Below are positions 36,744 to 50,590 of a stretch of DNA of 64,000 bases, one piece after another; position 1 is the first letter of the stretch; each line of letters opens with the position of its first letter. The notes under the pieces are model-generated. The model saw nothing but the letters and a program-made list of their open reading frames with translations. It did not search any database and had not been told where the DNA came from. This DNA is from Trichoplax adhaerens (taxonomy: Eukaryota > Animalia > Placozoa). The translations under genes were made by a program, and so were the position numbers. The stretch is taken from positions 350,886 to 414,885 of the forward strand of contig NW_002060955.1 of NCBI RefSeq assembly GCF_000150275.1, read 5' to 3'.

Positions 36744-39700
36744 TTATTTCTTTCTAGATTTTCGGCCAAGCGGAGGATTTTGCAACTGAAAAGGTGCTGA
36801 AGCTATACCTGTACCTGCTACATTTCCACCGAACAACAAACCGCTCGAATTTACAGTAACGTTCTGCTGAGGAACGGGATTAGACCCCAAAGATAGAGTA
36901 TTGCCTAGCGGTTGCTGGTTTCCAAAGCTCAATGCATTATTCGCTGACGTGCTACCCGCAGGCTGAATGCCCGCAGCGTTGAAATTATTTCCAAAATTGG
37001 TAAATAGATTTGCCTGGTTTGCTGTAGTACCAAGATTATTCACATTGCCTAATCCTGCTAAAGCGGCTAATTGACTGTTTGCCATGTTAAAGACTACGTT
37101 GTTTAGGTACCCAACGTTGGTTGCCGCCTTTCCATTTGCTATACGTGAGGCTATAGTACCGGATTAAAGATCATTTTATAATCTCCAAATTAATTCGGAC
37201 GAGGTAACAATATGCGTAATAAAGTATATGAACTCCAAGAAAATCGAGTAATACCTAAATACGGATTCTCGCCGGCGCTTCTCAAAATCTCAGTATGATT
37301 ATGATTAGATCCAATCTTTGGCTTATCAAGATATCTCTCTAGTTATAAAAACAGTGCAACCTTAAAGAAATCACGTTACAATTGGCAAGAAGTCTCAAAT
37401 TGAATATTTACGCTTTTTCTTTTTATCTTCAAAAATTCGTTCCGGATGTTTTTCTTTAAAATAGATTCGACGATACTTAATATACTGCTCGCGTTGGCTC
37501 TAATGATAGTTAACAACTCGTTGTCGTTACATACATCATATAATATAACTAATAATCACTGCAGTTACCGACAAATTATCCTGCACGAAATACCTTAACA
37601 ACTGAGTGAATGTCCTGCAACTGGACGGCTAGGGAAATCATTACGTCGTGCATGTCCTTAAAGTAATCAGGAGCTATTTTAAAACAAAAATTTGATCTAG
37701 ACATTAATTCGCCATCACCGATAAAGAAATATTTTCAAAGCGACATCACAATATTAGAGTCAAATAGCATCCATATTATATAAAAAAGCTTAATTACCAT
37801 AGGTAGAATCGGAATTTTGATTTGTCGATGCCAATAGACTTTCGATCTCTTCAATTTGCCCTTGAAATAAATTCATACTCTCTTCAAAGTGCTGCAACAT
37901 ACGCATAAAGTACCTGTTGAAAATAATTTTACAAAATTATAAGGCAAGACCATCAATTTGTCATTCACGACAGTAGACACTGCTTAAAAATAAAATTTCT
38001 TTTCATAGTGATATAAATCTACAGTATCATACAATAATGATATTACAGTCATTGCTCTTACGCATTAGTTTCTTGATTTTGGTAATTGGAAGGACCGTCT
38101 ATGCATTTTTGGATAATTTCCGTATTTCTTAATTCCTTCATTCAATTATAGCGAAGCTGTTATATTCATACGTAGTCAACATGGAAAAGTATCAAGGAGT
38201 TCTATTTAAAAGCCGCTCCTTTATTCATTAATAAATCATTACAAACCTGCTGCGTAGCCGCGCTCAATTTACCAATCACTGTTGAATCTCTTTGCGTAGC
38301 ATTACTTAAACGACCAGCAATCTAGAACAATAAATGTCACAGCTTAACGAATATTGGAGTCATCAAAATCAAGTCTACCTGTTTCACTGAGTTATCGTAA
38401 GAGAAAAGATTAAAATACTATACATACTGCTGATGTAATAATAATCTAAGCCATCACTTATTCTTAAAGGATTACCTGGTTTAACCGTGATATTTCCTCT
38501 CTTGTCTTCTCAATTGCTTCTAGTGACATCTGATTGATTTCATCTCTAAACTTTTTCTGTTTCTTTACTTCTTGCCTGTCAATCGCAGTTTAATAGGGCT
38601 TGTCATTAATTTTTGATGATTGTTTGAGCATAATAGTTTGCATTCATACTACATCCTGATTATACGGTCTGAAGGCTAGTCGAACTTACGTGTATGCATT
38701 CACGATCGGACTAACTTCGTCTAACAAGTAGGAGTCTTTCACATCTTTTACAGAACTAGTTGAGCATCATACGCAATGCATAATTTGATTACAGGGATAA
38801 GTAATCAGCGTATTTAAATAGTGAAAGAGCATCTGCAGCTCCTACTAGTCTTAACGTAATGAATTATTACAGAAATAGAGTTGAAAAATTTACCTGCCAG
38901 AGCTTGTCCCTAAAACAATAAAATATAATTTAAATTTTTAGATATAGAATCTAGATATTAACTCTTCAATAGCCATGCATCATTCCATGTAATGTAGACA
39001 TTTCTTTCACAGTAGCTGATATGACATGCAATTTGGAGCTAATGAAATGCATAAAACATGACTAAAAATTTGAACTGTAAACACTACCTGAAGAGTTCTG
39101 CTTATGCAAGCCAGTACCTCCCATTACCAAGAAGGATGGATCACTCGTTGCAGGTTTCGAAACTGCTACATTCGTGTTATTAGTAGTCAAGTTTAAATTG
39201 GCTCCAGTGGTGCCAGCTATCTGGTTACCAAGGCCAGCAAGACTGTTTGACGTTCCGAGGCCAAAACCCGTTGAAGCTGTCGTGCCGAGACCAGGGAGAG
39301 AACTGGTAGTGATTGTTGTTGGTGCATTTAACTAGAACAGAAAAATGATTTCGATACTTTAAGTGGTAAATTCGCAGGTACAGTGCTACGACTATAAGCT
39401 TGGTAGACAGAAGTCACACTACAGTAAAAGGCTATTCAGGTTGTAATCATGTATACGTAGTATCATTACAGCAAGGGCAAATCCAGTCTCTTCAGATGAT
39501 TGTAAATACTCATAATCTCATCATACAAGATGTATAAATATACAGTTAAATGAAGGGCTAGGGATTGTTGTCATGGCATCGCATGAGCGGTAAAAATTTT
39601 ACTAAGAGAAACATCTACCAACTCGTATTTCGCTACTGGCTTTGGCAGTGTGTATAACATGGTTATTACTCAAGCATTTTGTCTACTATGATTGTATCAT

Positions 39701-41712
39701 TAGGCACTTGTAGCCACCACAATGCATGTATCACCAAGAATTGAAAGGTTTGTGACTGGGACCTAATTCTGCAAGTGCAAGTCAATAAGCCTGTACATAC
39801 TGTATAAAGGTACTGTATTAGCAAAGCAACTTGCTCATTTCTACTCTCTCTCTCAACTCAATGAAAGCACCCATCAAGCTGGAAAGTGGACTATCGAAAA
39901 TGATGTCCCATAAACTAAACATCGACTGCCATCGGTACAATACTATCATGGTGCCTTGAAAAGTTATACCAACACCATAACCATGTACACTGTCCAAGTG
40001 AACGCACGTATTCTAGTTGGCTTAGCTACTATGAGATATGCACAAATTGGAAAATATTGTCTATCAATTGTCATGTTGAACTTACAGCAGTCCCGCCAGT
40101 AGCGGATAAAGTTGATGCTGTTGTAGGCAAGGAAAGCGTTGTTAGACTACCACCAATGGACAAGGTAGAGGTTGGTTTGGCCGCGTTTAAGGGATTCATG
40201 CCCTGTTGTAGTAAGTTGGTCGATGTCGATGGCGGTTGATTGGATCCAAAAGTGAAACCGCTTGCAGGTATACTTGTTGTCGGTTGATTTTGTGCATTAG
40301 TCAAAGTAAAGCCTGAGTTTGTGGCATTGCTGACTGGTTGAGTTGTTAGCCCTCCCAATGAAAAGCCAGTCGTTGATGTTGCAGGCTGATTAGGCTGACT
40401 TCCAAATGCAAAGCCAGTTGCGGCACTTGCTGGTTGATTAGCTTGGTTTCCAAAGGATAAACCGCTTGTCGATGGTGCTGCTTGATTTGCAAATGTAAAA
40501 CCCGTCGCCGATGTTGTAGGTTGATTCTGTTGGCTTCCAAATGTAAAGCTGGTGGTTGGTGCACTTGCTGCTATTGTAAAATAAGCATTAAAAATCAATC
40601 CAATATTTCAAACAACGAGCAGAGCAAAATAGAGACTAGCCATGTCTTGTAGGTACATTCATGCTTGACCATTTTGGTTGCAAATCAAGTACGTATGCTA
40701 CACTACTGGAGTATGACTGGTCAATAGTCATTCCATCTCCGCTAATTGATTTGTACAAATCCTTCTCTATCCTTGGTTAGGATTAAGCATAACCTAGTCT
40801 AAAGTTCTTACTCTGTATATTGCATTTAACTGACAATTTTTGTAAAGTTCTTACTCTGTATATTGCATTTTTACTGACAATTTTTGTAAAGTTATTACTC
40901 TGTATATTGCATTTTCACTGACTATTTTTGTAAAGTTGTTACTCTGTATATTGCATTTAACTGACAATTTTTGTAAAGTTCTTACTCTGTATATTGCATT
41001 TATTGCATTGTATTTTGCATTTTCACTGACAATTTTTGTAAAGTTCTTACTCTGTATATTGCATTTAACTGACAATTTTTGTAAAGTTCTTACTCTGTAT
41101 ATTGCATTTTTACTGACAATTTTTGTAAAGTTATTACTCTCTATATTGCATTTTCACTGACTATTTTTGTAAAGTTATTACTCTGTATATTGCATTTAAC
41201 TGACAATTTTTGTAAAGTTCTTACTCTCTATATTGCATTTATTGCATTGTATTTTGCATTTTCACTGACAATTTTTGTAAAGTTCTTACTCTCTAAATTG
41301 CATTTATTGCATTGTATTTTGCATTTTCACTGACAATTTTTGTAAAGTTCTTACTCTCTAAATTGCATTTATTGCATTGTATTTTGCATTTTCACTGACA
41401 ATTTTTGTAAAGTTCTTACTCTCTAAATTGCATTTGTTGCATTGTATTTTGCATTTTCACTGACAATTTTTGTAAAGTTCTTACTCTCTATATTGCATTT
41501 AACTGACAATTTTTGTAAAGTTCTTACTCTCTATATTGCATTTTCACTGACAATTTTTGTAAAGTTATTACGCTCTATATTGCATTTTCACTGACTATTT
41601 TTGTAAAGTTCTTACTCTCTATATTGCATTTTAACTGACAATTTTTCATCCCTTTCCTCTCTTCCATCTTGATTTTCTTACCTGTAGTGGCGGCCGAAAA
41701 TTGAAAAGTCAT
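36744..41712 (-). CDS. NUP58: Nucleoporin NUP58/p45 (NUPL1), central-channel FG nucleoporin
   Basis: Exon 1 is 41712-41682 (MTFQFSAATT), followed by FG-repeat exon 40570-40086, exon 39331-39088 and a 16-nt microexon 38909-38894. Coiled-coil exons encode ELRNTEI.., YFMRMLQHFEESM..QIEEIESLL, ISLAVQLQDIHSVVK and REQYIKYRRIYF. The C-terminus FQLQNPPLGRKSRKK* resembles the NUP58 FQLKKPPxGxKR tail. Confidence 0.9.
40801..41646. repeat. Minisatellite of ~17 units (43-44 bp, with a 65-bp variant) filling most of NUP58 intron 1
   Basis: The unit is aaagttcttactctgtatattgcatttaactgacaatttttgt. The long variant carries an extra tattgcattgtattttgcattt. Confidence 0.97.
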
Positions 41713-42424
41713 CTTGGCAAGGTTGAAGCTTGAGATTGAAGCGTAGTGAAGTGTCACCTATATACTAGGGTGACCAAAGAAGTCCGCTAGCCTAATCATT
41801 GGTGGTCCAGTCCAGTCCGGTCCGCAACGGTCCAGTCCAGTCCGCGGTGGTTCAGTACTGCATCAGCCAATTTGATTCAAAATGTCGTTCGGCTACAGTT
41901 CTAACGATCGAAGAGTGTACTGTGCAGAACACTGCTCTACCACCTATACAAACACTAGTCAGTATCATTGCAAAGTAGAGTACAGTATGAACAAATGGAT
42001 CATCGCAGATTGTCCGTGCTGTCCGGATACAGGACGCTACCGCGCATGCTTAAACACCAGAGACTTGTACAGTCTACAGTCTACAGTGTACAGTACAGCA
42101 AAAGAGAAGTTCGTCTAAAATGTACTGTACGATCTTTTCTTTCCTAGTCCTTGGTATCTTAGCCACAAAATCTCTTATGAAAGCCAATCTAGTCAATCAC
42201 CTTACGACAATGGTATGGTATGGGACACTATAGCCCTACTGGACAGTGCTACACGGTACAGTACCCAACGACTTCTGTCGAGTCGTCGTCAAAGCTGAAG
42301 CCTTTGCTACCATTGCAACCACCTCGACATCAACGCCTTCTCGTCCAACTGCTGCAATCCCATGGTAGTAATTGCAACATTATTGCCTTCTGCTCTTGTT
42401 TTTTACCTTGAAAATTAGCCAAAA
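41713..42424. promoter_or_regulatory. Putative bidirectional promoter between NUP58 and CCDC22
   Basis: Divergent ATGs lie ~710 bp apart in GC-richer sequence. CCAAT/ATTGG boxes occur at ~41798, 41867 and 42184, (GTCCA/G)n pentamers at 41804-41845 and TACAGT runs at 42067-42100. Confidence 0.65.
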
Positions 42425-45400
42425 ATGGAAGAAGTCGACAATATCATCCTCCATACCCTCAGTCAAATTGGATGGTAAGTATAGATGATAAGGATAAAGC
42501 GTTATTGACAGTAGAAGAGGAGTTATGCCAAGCTCATGTTGATCACTATTTCATCGACAATGAATCGTTGGTGATAATCAATCATCATGTACTTGATCAA
42601 CAAGAGTTTGCCAACAATCTCAATGTGTTTGTTGTTATGAACAGTCGATGACTGATCAACAAGATCATGTTGATCATGAATGATTGCAGCGATAAAGAAT
42701 CGTAGAGGATGATGATAAAGAGATTGATCTAAATTGATCAGCCACGGTTTGTCATCAGGCTTCAATGGATCTCTTCTTCTGTTGATATTCTGTAGTGATC
42801 TGGAAGACGATGTCCAATCATTGAAACAATTCAATACGGATATGATCGTGCATGCCGTTGTTCGTTGTCTAAGGGTTATCCGTAATAGTGATGACTACTT
42901 ACAGTTAAAATTGCCGTCAAACATGTCAGCAAGATTTCGCTTGGCATCCAGTATAGCTCAAACTTGTCAGGTATGGTGTTGAATTGCTCATTTTATCGTA
43001 CACTACTCTACTAGTCGTATCTCTTCGCGAAAGACCAAACAGTGATCTCAAGCGTAATATTATTGTTTAGGAACTTGGCTATCGAAGTGATATCGGATAC
43101 CAAACCTTATTGTATCCTAATGATGCCGACGTCAGAAGATTATTCATGTTCCTCGTTGAGAAATTACCTAAAGTGACTAGTGCAGCGGATGATGGCAATC
43201 AAGGAGGAACGTCATTTATAACGCATGAAATTGCTTCCAAGATTGAAGCTAGTTTATCTTTGCCTTGGTTGGCATCACACTGCAAAACTCATGGCGCTCG
43301 ATGGTATAGCCAATCGCAAAATCATTGGATGCGAGAAGTGAGTAATCACAAGCAATAGATCAATCTTACTTGCCCTAGTTATAGTCAACGGCTAATACTG
43401 TGGTAATGCCTTGATGTCTGATCAATGTTATTTGTAGGGCAATCAAGATAGTTGCGTATTCCATAATTGGCCTGTTATTGCTCCGGAAGGCGTTGGAGAT
43501 GTAACGGTGGATATTCCATCTGGTAAATGAACGTTTCATTGATATGCTTTGTGCTAGTTAGTACCACACAAAGAGAATAGATACATTCAGGATTCTTAAT
43601 TAGAAATATTTCAAATATTTAATTGACCTTGTTCACATAAAATCAAAATCAAAATCTTGTCTTTCGTAAAGTAGAATTGATAAACATTCATTAATCTCTC
43701 AACAGAAACCAAAAAATTTTACCAAGAGGTTCTACCCTACGTTACTGAACAACCTCTACGTCGTCGAGATATTCCGGCTTCTTTGCTAGCAACAAATGCA
43801 GCTGATTTAGCTGCAGAGTCAGAAATGGATATTTTAGCCGAAAAGAATTTTAAAAACGATCCTGACAATGTATTAATTCAATGTTGCAATACTATCATAA
43901 TACAGTTTTGTTATCAAGCCCATTCACCGCTTCTTAAAATATCGTTCATTACAGTCAACTGAAATTCTTCATGAAAAAATAAAGAAATTAATAGCAGATC
44001 GGTTGCGTACAGGTATGGACAAGACCAACATATCGACCGGCAATCGCGTATCTGGTAATGATCTATCAAAAGTTATTGAAGTATTTAGCGGTAAGTCAGC
44101 CAACGTTCGCCATTGGCGGATAGATATCATATCAAAGTATTGTGAATAACCATTGAAATCATGACTTGATGTTTGAACATGAGTTGAAATATTGTTCATT
44201 TGCTTCAGATAAGATAGCCGAGTCTACTGCAAAGGGATCCCGATTCACTCGTTCTGAAAAGCTTCTATTTGCGAAGGTTAGTGAGATGGAGACTTCAAAC
44301 TATTTTCAAATTTCGCCGCAATTAGGCAATCAGTAATAATCTTACGTAAGACAAAAACTTTTTTAAGATACTATCTTGTTATTTCCACTGCAGGACACAG
44401 AAAATGCAGCATCACAAGTTGGTGCTACAAGAACTGACATTGGCACAACATCCATCGAAACTGTAAGCTTAAACACCTTGTACTTTAAAATCTTGCATTA
44501 ATGAAAACAATTTTAAATAGCACTATTTATTATATAGCAACAACAACAACGTGAAGAAGAGGTAAACTCTTTGAAAACTCAGCTGGAAGAATTAAGATTT
44601 AAGATAAAATCTTTGGAGGAAGGATCAAAGAATATTGCAAACAATATTTTAAAGGTCTGCTTGGCTCGTATTTTGTTAAAGTAGATTTCTTCACAAATTG
44701 CCTCACTAAATTATCACCAAGGTACTGATAATTAATTTCCAATTTTATGATATCTTATTGCTACAAATCGATAGACCGATGAGACTATTGAAAATATAAG
44801 TGGGGAAATTACAACGCACCAAGAAATTTATAACATTAAAAAGAAAACAATCGATTTATTGCCAGAAGCAGATAAAAATATGGCCATTTTAAAGGTACTG
44901 ATCGCTACAGTATTCTTGAAATTACATGTCAACCTTGGCTGTACCTAAGCTGACCTCTAATGAAACGGCATTTATCCATTTCCTAATAAAATTTAGAAAA
45001 TGATAGCCAACAGCTCCCAGCGATTAATAAAACTAACGGAGCAGTGGGAACAGCATAGAGTACCACTTATTGAAGAGTACAGGACATTAAAGAGCGCACT
45101 CATGAACAAAGAAATGGTATTAGTATACTTTCCAAATGTCGCTTGTTTAATATGAGGGTAACCTTATCTTTTATTACTGTTCAGTCTGAAACACAGCAAA
45201 AATTAGAAGACCTGAAAATATATCGCAAAAAAATGAAAGAAATGGCTGAAGAAGCTAAAGTTAAAGACGAAGTTTACAAACAGCTGGTATGTCTTCCATT
45301 GCAATAAAAGCAAACGTTTATTGTACTTACGTTTGGAATACAAAGTAGCATCTTCAGTAACATGCTTATACACCTTTAGATGAGCGAATACAAGCGACTG

Positions 45401-46210
45401 AATAAAGATGTCAATCGGTCTTCTTATACACGCCGTATCATGGAAATTGTCGGTAATATCAAAAAGCAGAAGGACGACATCTCAAAAGTAGGAAGTGATA
45501 GAGATGAATCAAGAATTGCTAATACTAATTTATTTACCAAACATGCTAGCACAGGCCAGTCATTGACTTGTTTAAATATTTTAAGATTATTGAAGATACA
45601 AAATCTATTCAAAGAGAAATCAATTTATTAAATGGGAAATTGGAAAGAACTTTTGCCGTTACAGATGAGCTGATATTTAAAGTTAGATTTTAATTTATGA
45701 ATTAACTTATGTAATCGAAAGTAAGATCGATGAATTAAAATTGTTTAATGAGTAATTTTTAATCTCAAAGAATGCCAAAAAAGATGGAGCAGGAAAAATG
45801 GCATACAAACAACTAGCAACAATTCATGAGGTTTGATATCTAGATTAGCACATCTCCCAGCGGTACTGTAGTTGTAACCATGTTACTTAAATTTCATCGC
45901 CGTAGAATTTTAGCACATTAACTACTATAATTGAAGAGACTGGAGTTATTTCAAGAGAAATAAGGGATTTAGAAGACCAGGTATGTTGATTTATTGGTAT
46001 TGAAAAGATCTTATACGGTATAAAATATTCAATATACATGTAGATCAGATCTTAGAATCTGTAGTTATGGACTTTATCTTATCTTATTACGATTAGATTG
46101 AAGCCATATCTCAGGATAATACGGTAGCAAGTTTGGAACAAATAACGCAAGATTATAAACAAATGAAGCATGAAAATAACAGTATAGAAGCCAAGCTGGG
46201 GAAACGTTAG
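42425..46210 (+). CDS. CCDC22: Coiled-coil domain-containing protein 22 (CCC/Commander complex), ~17 exons
   Basis: Conserved blocks [116 protein letters not shown] and IEETGVISREIRDLEDQI. Stop TAG at 46208-46210. Confidence 0.97.
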
Positions 46211-47654
46211 GCTTTGATTCAAAACTACCCTTGTAAACTGAATCTATACCTATAGTAATAATAGAGTTTTAATGGTACATCGAAAGAAAATTAAGGATGG
46301 ATATTTTGTGAGCGTTTCTGATACTATGTCAAATATTTCAATAGTGATTTTTAGAATCAGCGTACTGTATCATTTACGTAAGTTTCTTGAAATATGTTTC
46401 TTTATAGATCTACTTTCATCAGTAATTCTACATGACAAAACTTAGATTTTTTATAGATGTATGTGTGTATATGACAACTATAGTGACTGATATCTTAATC
46501 TTTATTGGGCACGTATAAATCGAAGCGAATAATATAATTCTATATTACGAAATGAAAGTTGTAATTCTCTTTTGTATAAGCTTTTTGCTTAAAAATTAAC
46601 GTTACTAAATGAAAACGATCAGTAGGCAATTTTTTTATGACAACTGCTGAATCAGCTGATAGTTAGTCACCTGAAAACGTACATTACTTTTTTAACATGA
46701 CTCTCTTATAGATGGTGGATACAAAGGCCGACTCCTTTAAAATGGGAACTTCATTAATTGACTTCTATAATGCAAATTCCTCTACGTTGATTGATTACGC
46801 ACGGTATGAGTGTTTGCTCCTAATTAATTTGTGGCCTTACCGCACAAAGTTGTGAATCTGTCATTACGGTCAAAGGATTTTATTTTCATTGTGTGCATGG
46901 TATGACAATAAATGATACTGATTTTCACAGCTTGTCGATAGTATAGAAAGTGTAACGTGTATTTGTTATATCTAATTCGTAAGGTTAAGCTGTTCTAAAA
47001 TTTTTAAATTTAATTGGTATGCACTAATTTTACTGTTGTAGACTAGTTATTTGACTAATGTTGGTTTTACTCTGACTTGAATGCGATAGCGCACACAGGT
47101 CAGCTTAGTGTAGGCATCAAATAATTAATTGCTATGAGACTTCTTTAATAGGTGAACTCGAGCATCAGCAAATAAACCGCATGAAAATATTGTACTATGT
47201 GCATAATTACTACATATTTAAATTTGATACTACAATAGTTACGCTAATATCTGCGTATTTACTTCCTCATCTTAGTTAATGCTACAAGCCAGAGATATTG
47301 TTTAGGATATCGTTAATTTTTCTTCTTTAGGTTGTACCTAAATTTCCATATTCCACGATCTTGGTAACCTACCAATATTTGACAGTTTAGCTAGCGGCAT
47401 ATTTCTTACAGTATGTAACGTAATCTTGAGTGCAATTCTTAACGATTTCAAGGCAGGAAATCCGCCTGGAAATTTATATGCAGCAAACGCAAATACTGAC
47501 TTCCTCTTAATGTTATTAGCATAGTTAAATACAGCATAAAGTTTCTGTCGAATGATAGTAAGCAATTCATTATACTCACTAAATTGCCGAACTGCCGGCA
47601 AAATTATTGCAATTCTATACTCAGTAAATTGGTCAATCCTAAGCCAATACTCAT

Positions 47655-47925
47655 GTAAAAAGCTTGAAAATCATCAGTTACTAGTACTAACAGATGAGTA
47701 TTGATTATACAATTTTATACTCAATCCTTTTATTAAACCCTCCTCTTTAGTGGATAAAACTAAGAATAATTTCACGGTAAATTCTCACTCAATCTTCAGG
47801 CAAGAAGTTTGAAAAATCATCAGTTGCTAGTATTGATGAAGGAGGAAGATCCATTAAACACTTCTGTACTAAATCCTTTTATTAAGCCTCCGGTAAAGTG
47901 CTTGAGACTTAGAATGGCTTCATTA
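47655..47925. repeat. Diverged ~147-bp tandem duplication
   Basis: tcatcagtt(a/g)ctagta occurs at 47671 and 47817, and ccttttattaa at 47726 and 47875. Confidence 0.7.
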
Positions 47926-50590
47926 ATAGCCATTAGATATTCTAAAACGTTTCGTGCAGAAGTAAATTAATAGAGATCAAATTATCACTCCATTTAATCC
48001 TTTAGTAATTAATTGAGCCAAAATAGAAACTTATACCAGACGAAAGTTACCACACAAACAGCCGTAACTATTTTAATGGTATTCAGACTACGAGTATATT
48101 GATGAACCTTGAAAAATAAAGAGTGATAGAGCTACATAATTAGTAGACTGATGATGTTATTGATTTTAAAATCGGTTCTAAGACATTTATTTTACTAGAA
48201 GTGTTGACTTTCTACTCTGCGAATAGTTTTGTAAGTTAAATGATGATTTGCAATCAATCTATGTTCTAAGATACACCTTTGCTTGTTCTTAATGGCCCAA
48301 TCAAGAAAGTATAGAATCGTCACTATTTACGCACCCTTTGATGCTATTGAACTATGTGTTGGAATGAAAGTTTGCCATTAAAGTAGAAGTAAAAATATTT
48401 AATGTCGAGCCCAATGTTATTAGTATATTTCAACTCATAATTAGAGCCAACATGTCCGTTTTATCCCGTTTTTAACAATAGCTATCTCGGCGGAATAATC
48501 ATTGTCATTGAAATGGCCTTCTGCAACCATAGAATCCGTAGGATATCTGTACAGAAATGTGAAATTCAATAAAATATCCCAATCTCCTACGGTAATTCAT
48601 TATATTCAGTTTAAGCTATAGATGAAGGCATGTTGCTGAGCATGGATTATAGGTATCTCCTTCCTATTACAGCAGAAAGTAGAACAAAAATGGAAACTTT
48701 GTAAATTTTCTACGTGTTGTCTACTCTTTCCATCAAATTCGATCACATTAGCATTGGCATAAGTGGCCTATCGACGCACTTTGTAAGGCATACAAACTGG
48801 AGAAGAAAAGACCAATTAAGACTTCCTTATTGATTTCATTAGACAGCTTAGTTACAATTCAAATTTTTGAAGTAAGTCAATCAAGGCAATCATAAACGTG
48901 TTATCCAAGTATTCATTTCCAAGATTTCTACTTCCCTTATTCACTTTAATCAAGGTATAAAATGGACAACCAATCCAAGACTACGGGTAGCGTTCATGCT
49001 GCAGTCAATGGATAATCACACGCTGCTAATCTTATAATAGAGGAAGGATAAAGCTAGCTAGGGGGTAAAAGAAACAACCTTGTCATCCGGAACATCAACT
49101 CGAATCCAACTATTCGATAATCTTAGATGAAAGAATAAGTTATTGTTTTTATTTTGATCTAATTGTCAAGTCTTGAATTTAAGAGAATAAAAATATCTTG
49201 ATGATTATTCATTGTTATCCAGAATGAAATAACCATCATTCTATTCATCTCCATCAAGATTTATGTTAACAATGTCAATTTGTCAACAAGGAGTTAGCAA
49301 GATTTGTTTACTTAATCATTGTAAAAGTACAAATCACGCATTGATGCTAAAGCAACTTTTGATGCCTTGGTTGCTATTCTAGGGGATGTTTATTATTGTC
49401 GTTGCTATTGATCGCATTATGTTGCACCATACTTCATAAGAAATTCTTGCTTATGATAGAATTTCTTATAATAGGATACATCGTTTTTGAAAGTGAATTT
49501 ATTCAAGTTGAGTAATCACTGGAATTAAGAATGATCAGAACTGATCATTCATGGACTCCTTAAATCATTGGCTCTCAGGTTTTCCCCATTTAATGGACTA
49601 AATCATAGGTAAATCAATCACATCCTATGAGTGGATAACTCTCCATTTCCACAATGATCCATAAATATATTACCGCAAATTCTATCAATAATTATCAATT
49701 AGGATAGTTTCGTTGCTCATAACTTTATTGCTTCCAGTATAAAAATAGAAAGTTTGACGAAATCAATCACTCTTTTCAACGATCACGATAGAATCACTTG
49801 TTATTGAACTAATTCATCTCCATTTTAATGGCTATCTAAATCGATAGGGTTAATTCTAGAACAGAAGAGTACCATCACATTTTAAGGTAAGCGAAATGAT
49901 TGTCTTCTACACTAAATAATGATAAAATTATATCATCAGAAATGAAGACATAACGGCGATTAACATCGACAACTTTGACGATTAAACAGTGGTATCCTGC
50001 AATCTTAAGGGAGATTAACTAAATCTTCCATAATGCAAAGTTTTCCCAAAATTGATCCTATGTTACTGCTTAAGTTATTGAGAAAGGATAACAATGACAA
50101 TTTACTTTATAAACAGTTGAAAAAAGCTCTTCCATATGGAATTATCCTCTATCTCGCTGCAGTTAACTTATTGCAATACTATATCGACAGCTAATACCAT
50201 GTTGTGGCTTGATTTATTATCGTAATGGCGATGTTATAGATCCTTACTGATCATTAAACATATCTTTCAACACAAATAGAATAAACTCATCATCAATTCT
50301 AACAATTATTAAGCAATCCTAATACATGAATGATAGAAAGTAAGTCGAGGTAAGAGAAGGAAGTAATTGTTTAGATTTTATGGTTTTGTTTTATTCGTGT
50401 TTAAGCTTTGGCCATCATTTCCATATGCCTTCTTTATCCTCCCACTTGCCTATACAAATAATTTTCGATCCAATTCTTTAAACTATTCTAAAATCGCTAT
50501 CAATACAAATTTATTATTCTAATAGTAAACGAAAGTGTTTGTCAATACGACTAAATTAAGTTTCTCCGTATTTTCAATTAGTCCACCCAG

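Noticed and set aside
40851-41160. Repetitive ORFs on both strands of the NUP58 intronic minisatellite
   Set aside because: Unit lengths of 43, 44 and 65 bp do not preserve frame, so the ORFs are by-products of the repeat.
42535-42740. TGATCA-rich patch with a 9-bp hairpin (tgatcaaca-agatca-tgttgatca) in CCDC22 intron 1, considered as snoRNA or miRNA
   Set aside because: No convincing C/D or H/ACA box arrangement, and the stem is too short for a pre-miRNA.
5708-46210. Functional copper cluster (ATOX1 plus CCDC22, both linked to ATP7A trafficking)
   Set aside because: The genes are ~35 kb apart with five unrelated genes between them. Shared ancestral linkage explains it without co-regulation.
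46712-46803. Isolated exon-like segment (ttatag|MVDTKADSFKMGTSLIDFYNANSSTLIDYAR|gtatga)
   Set aside because: It could not be extended in frame to nearby acceptors and no homology was recognised.
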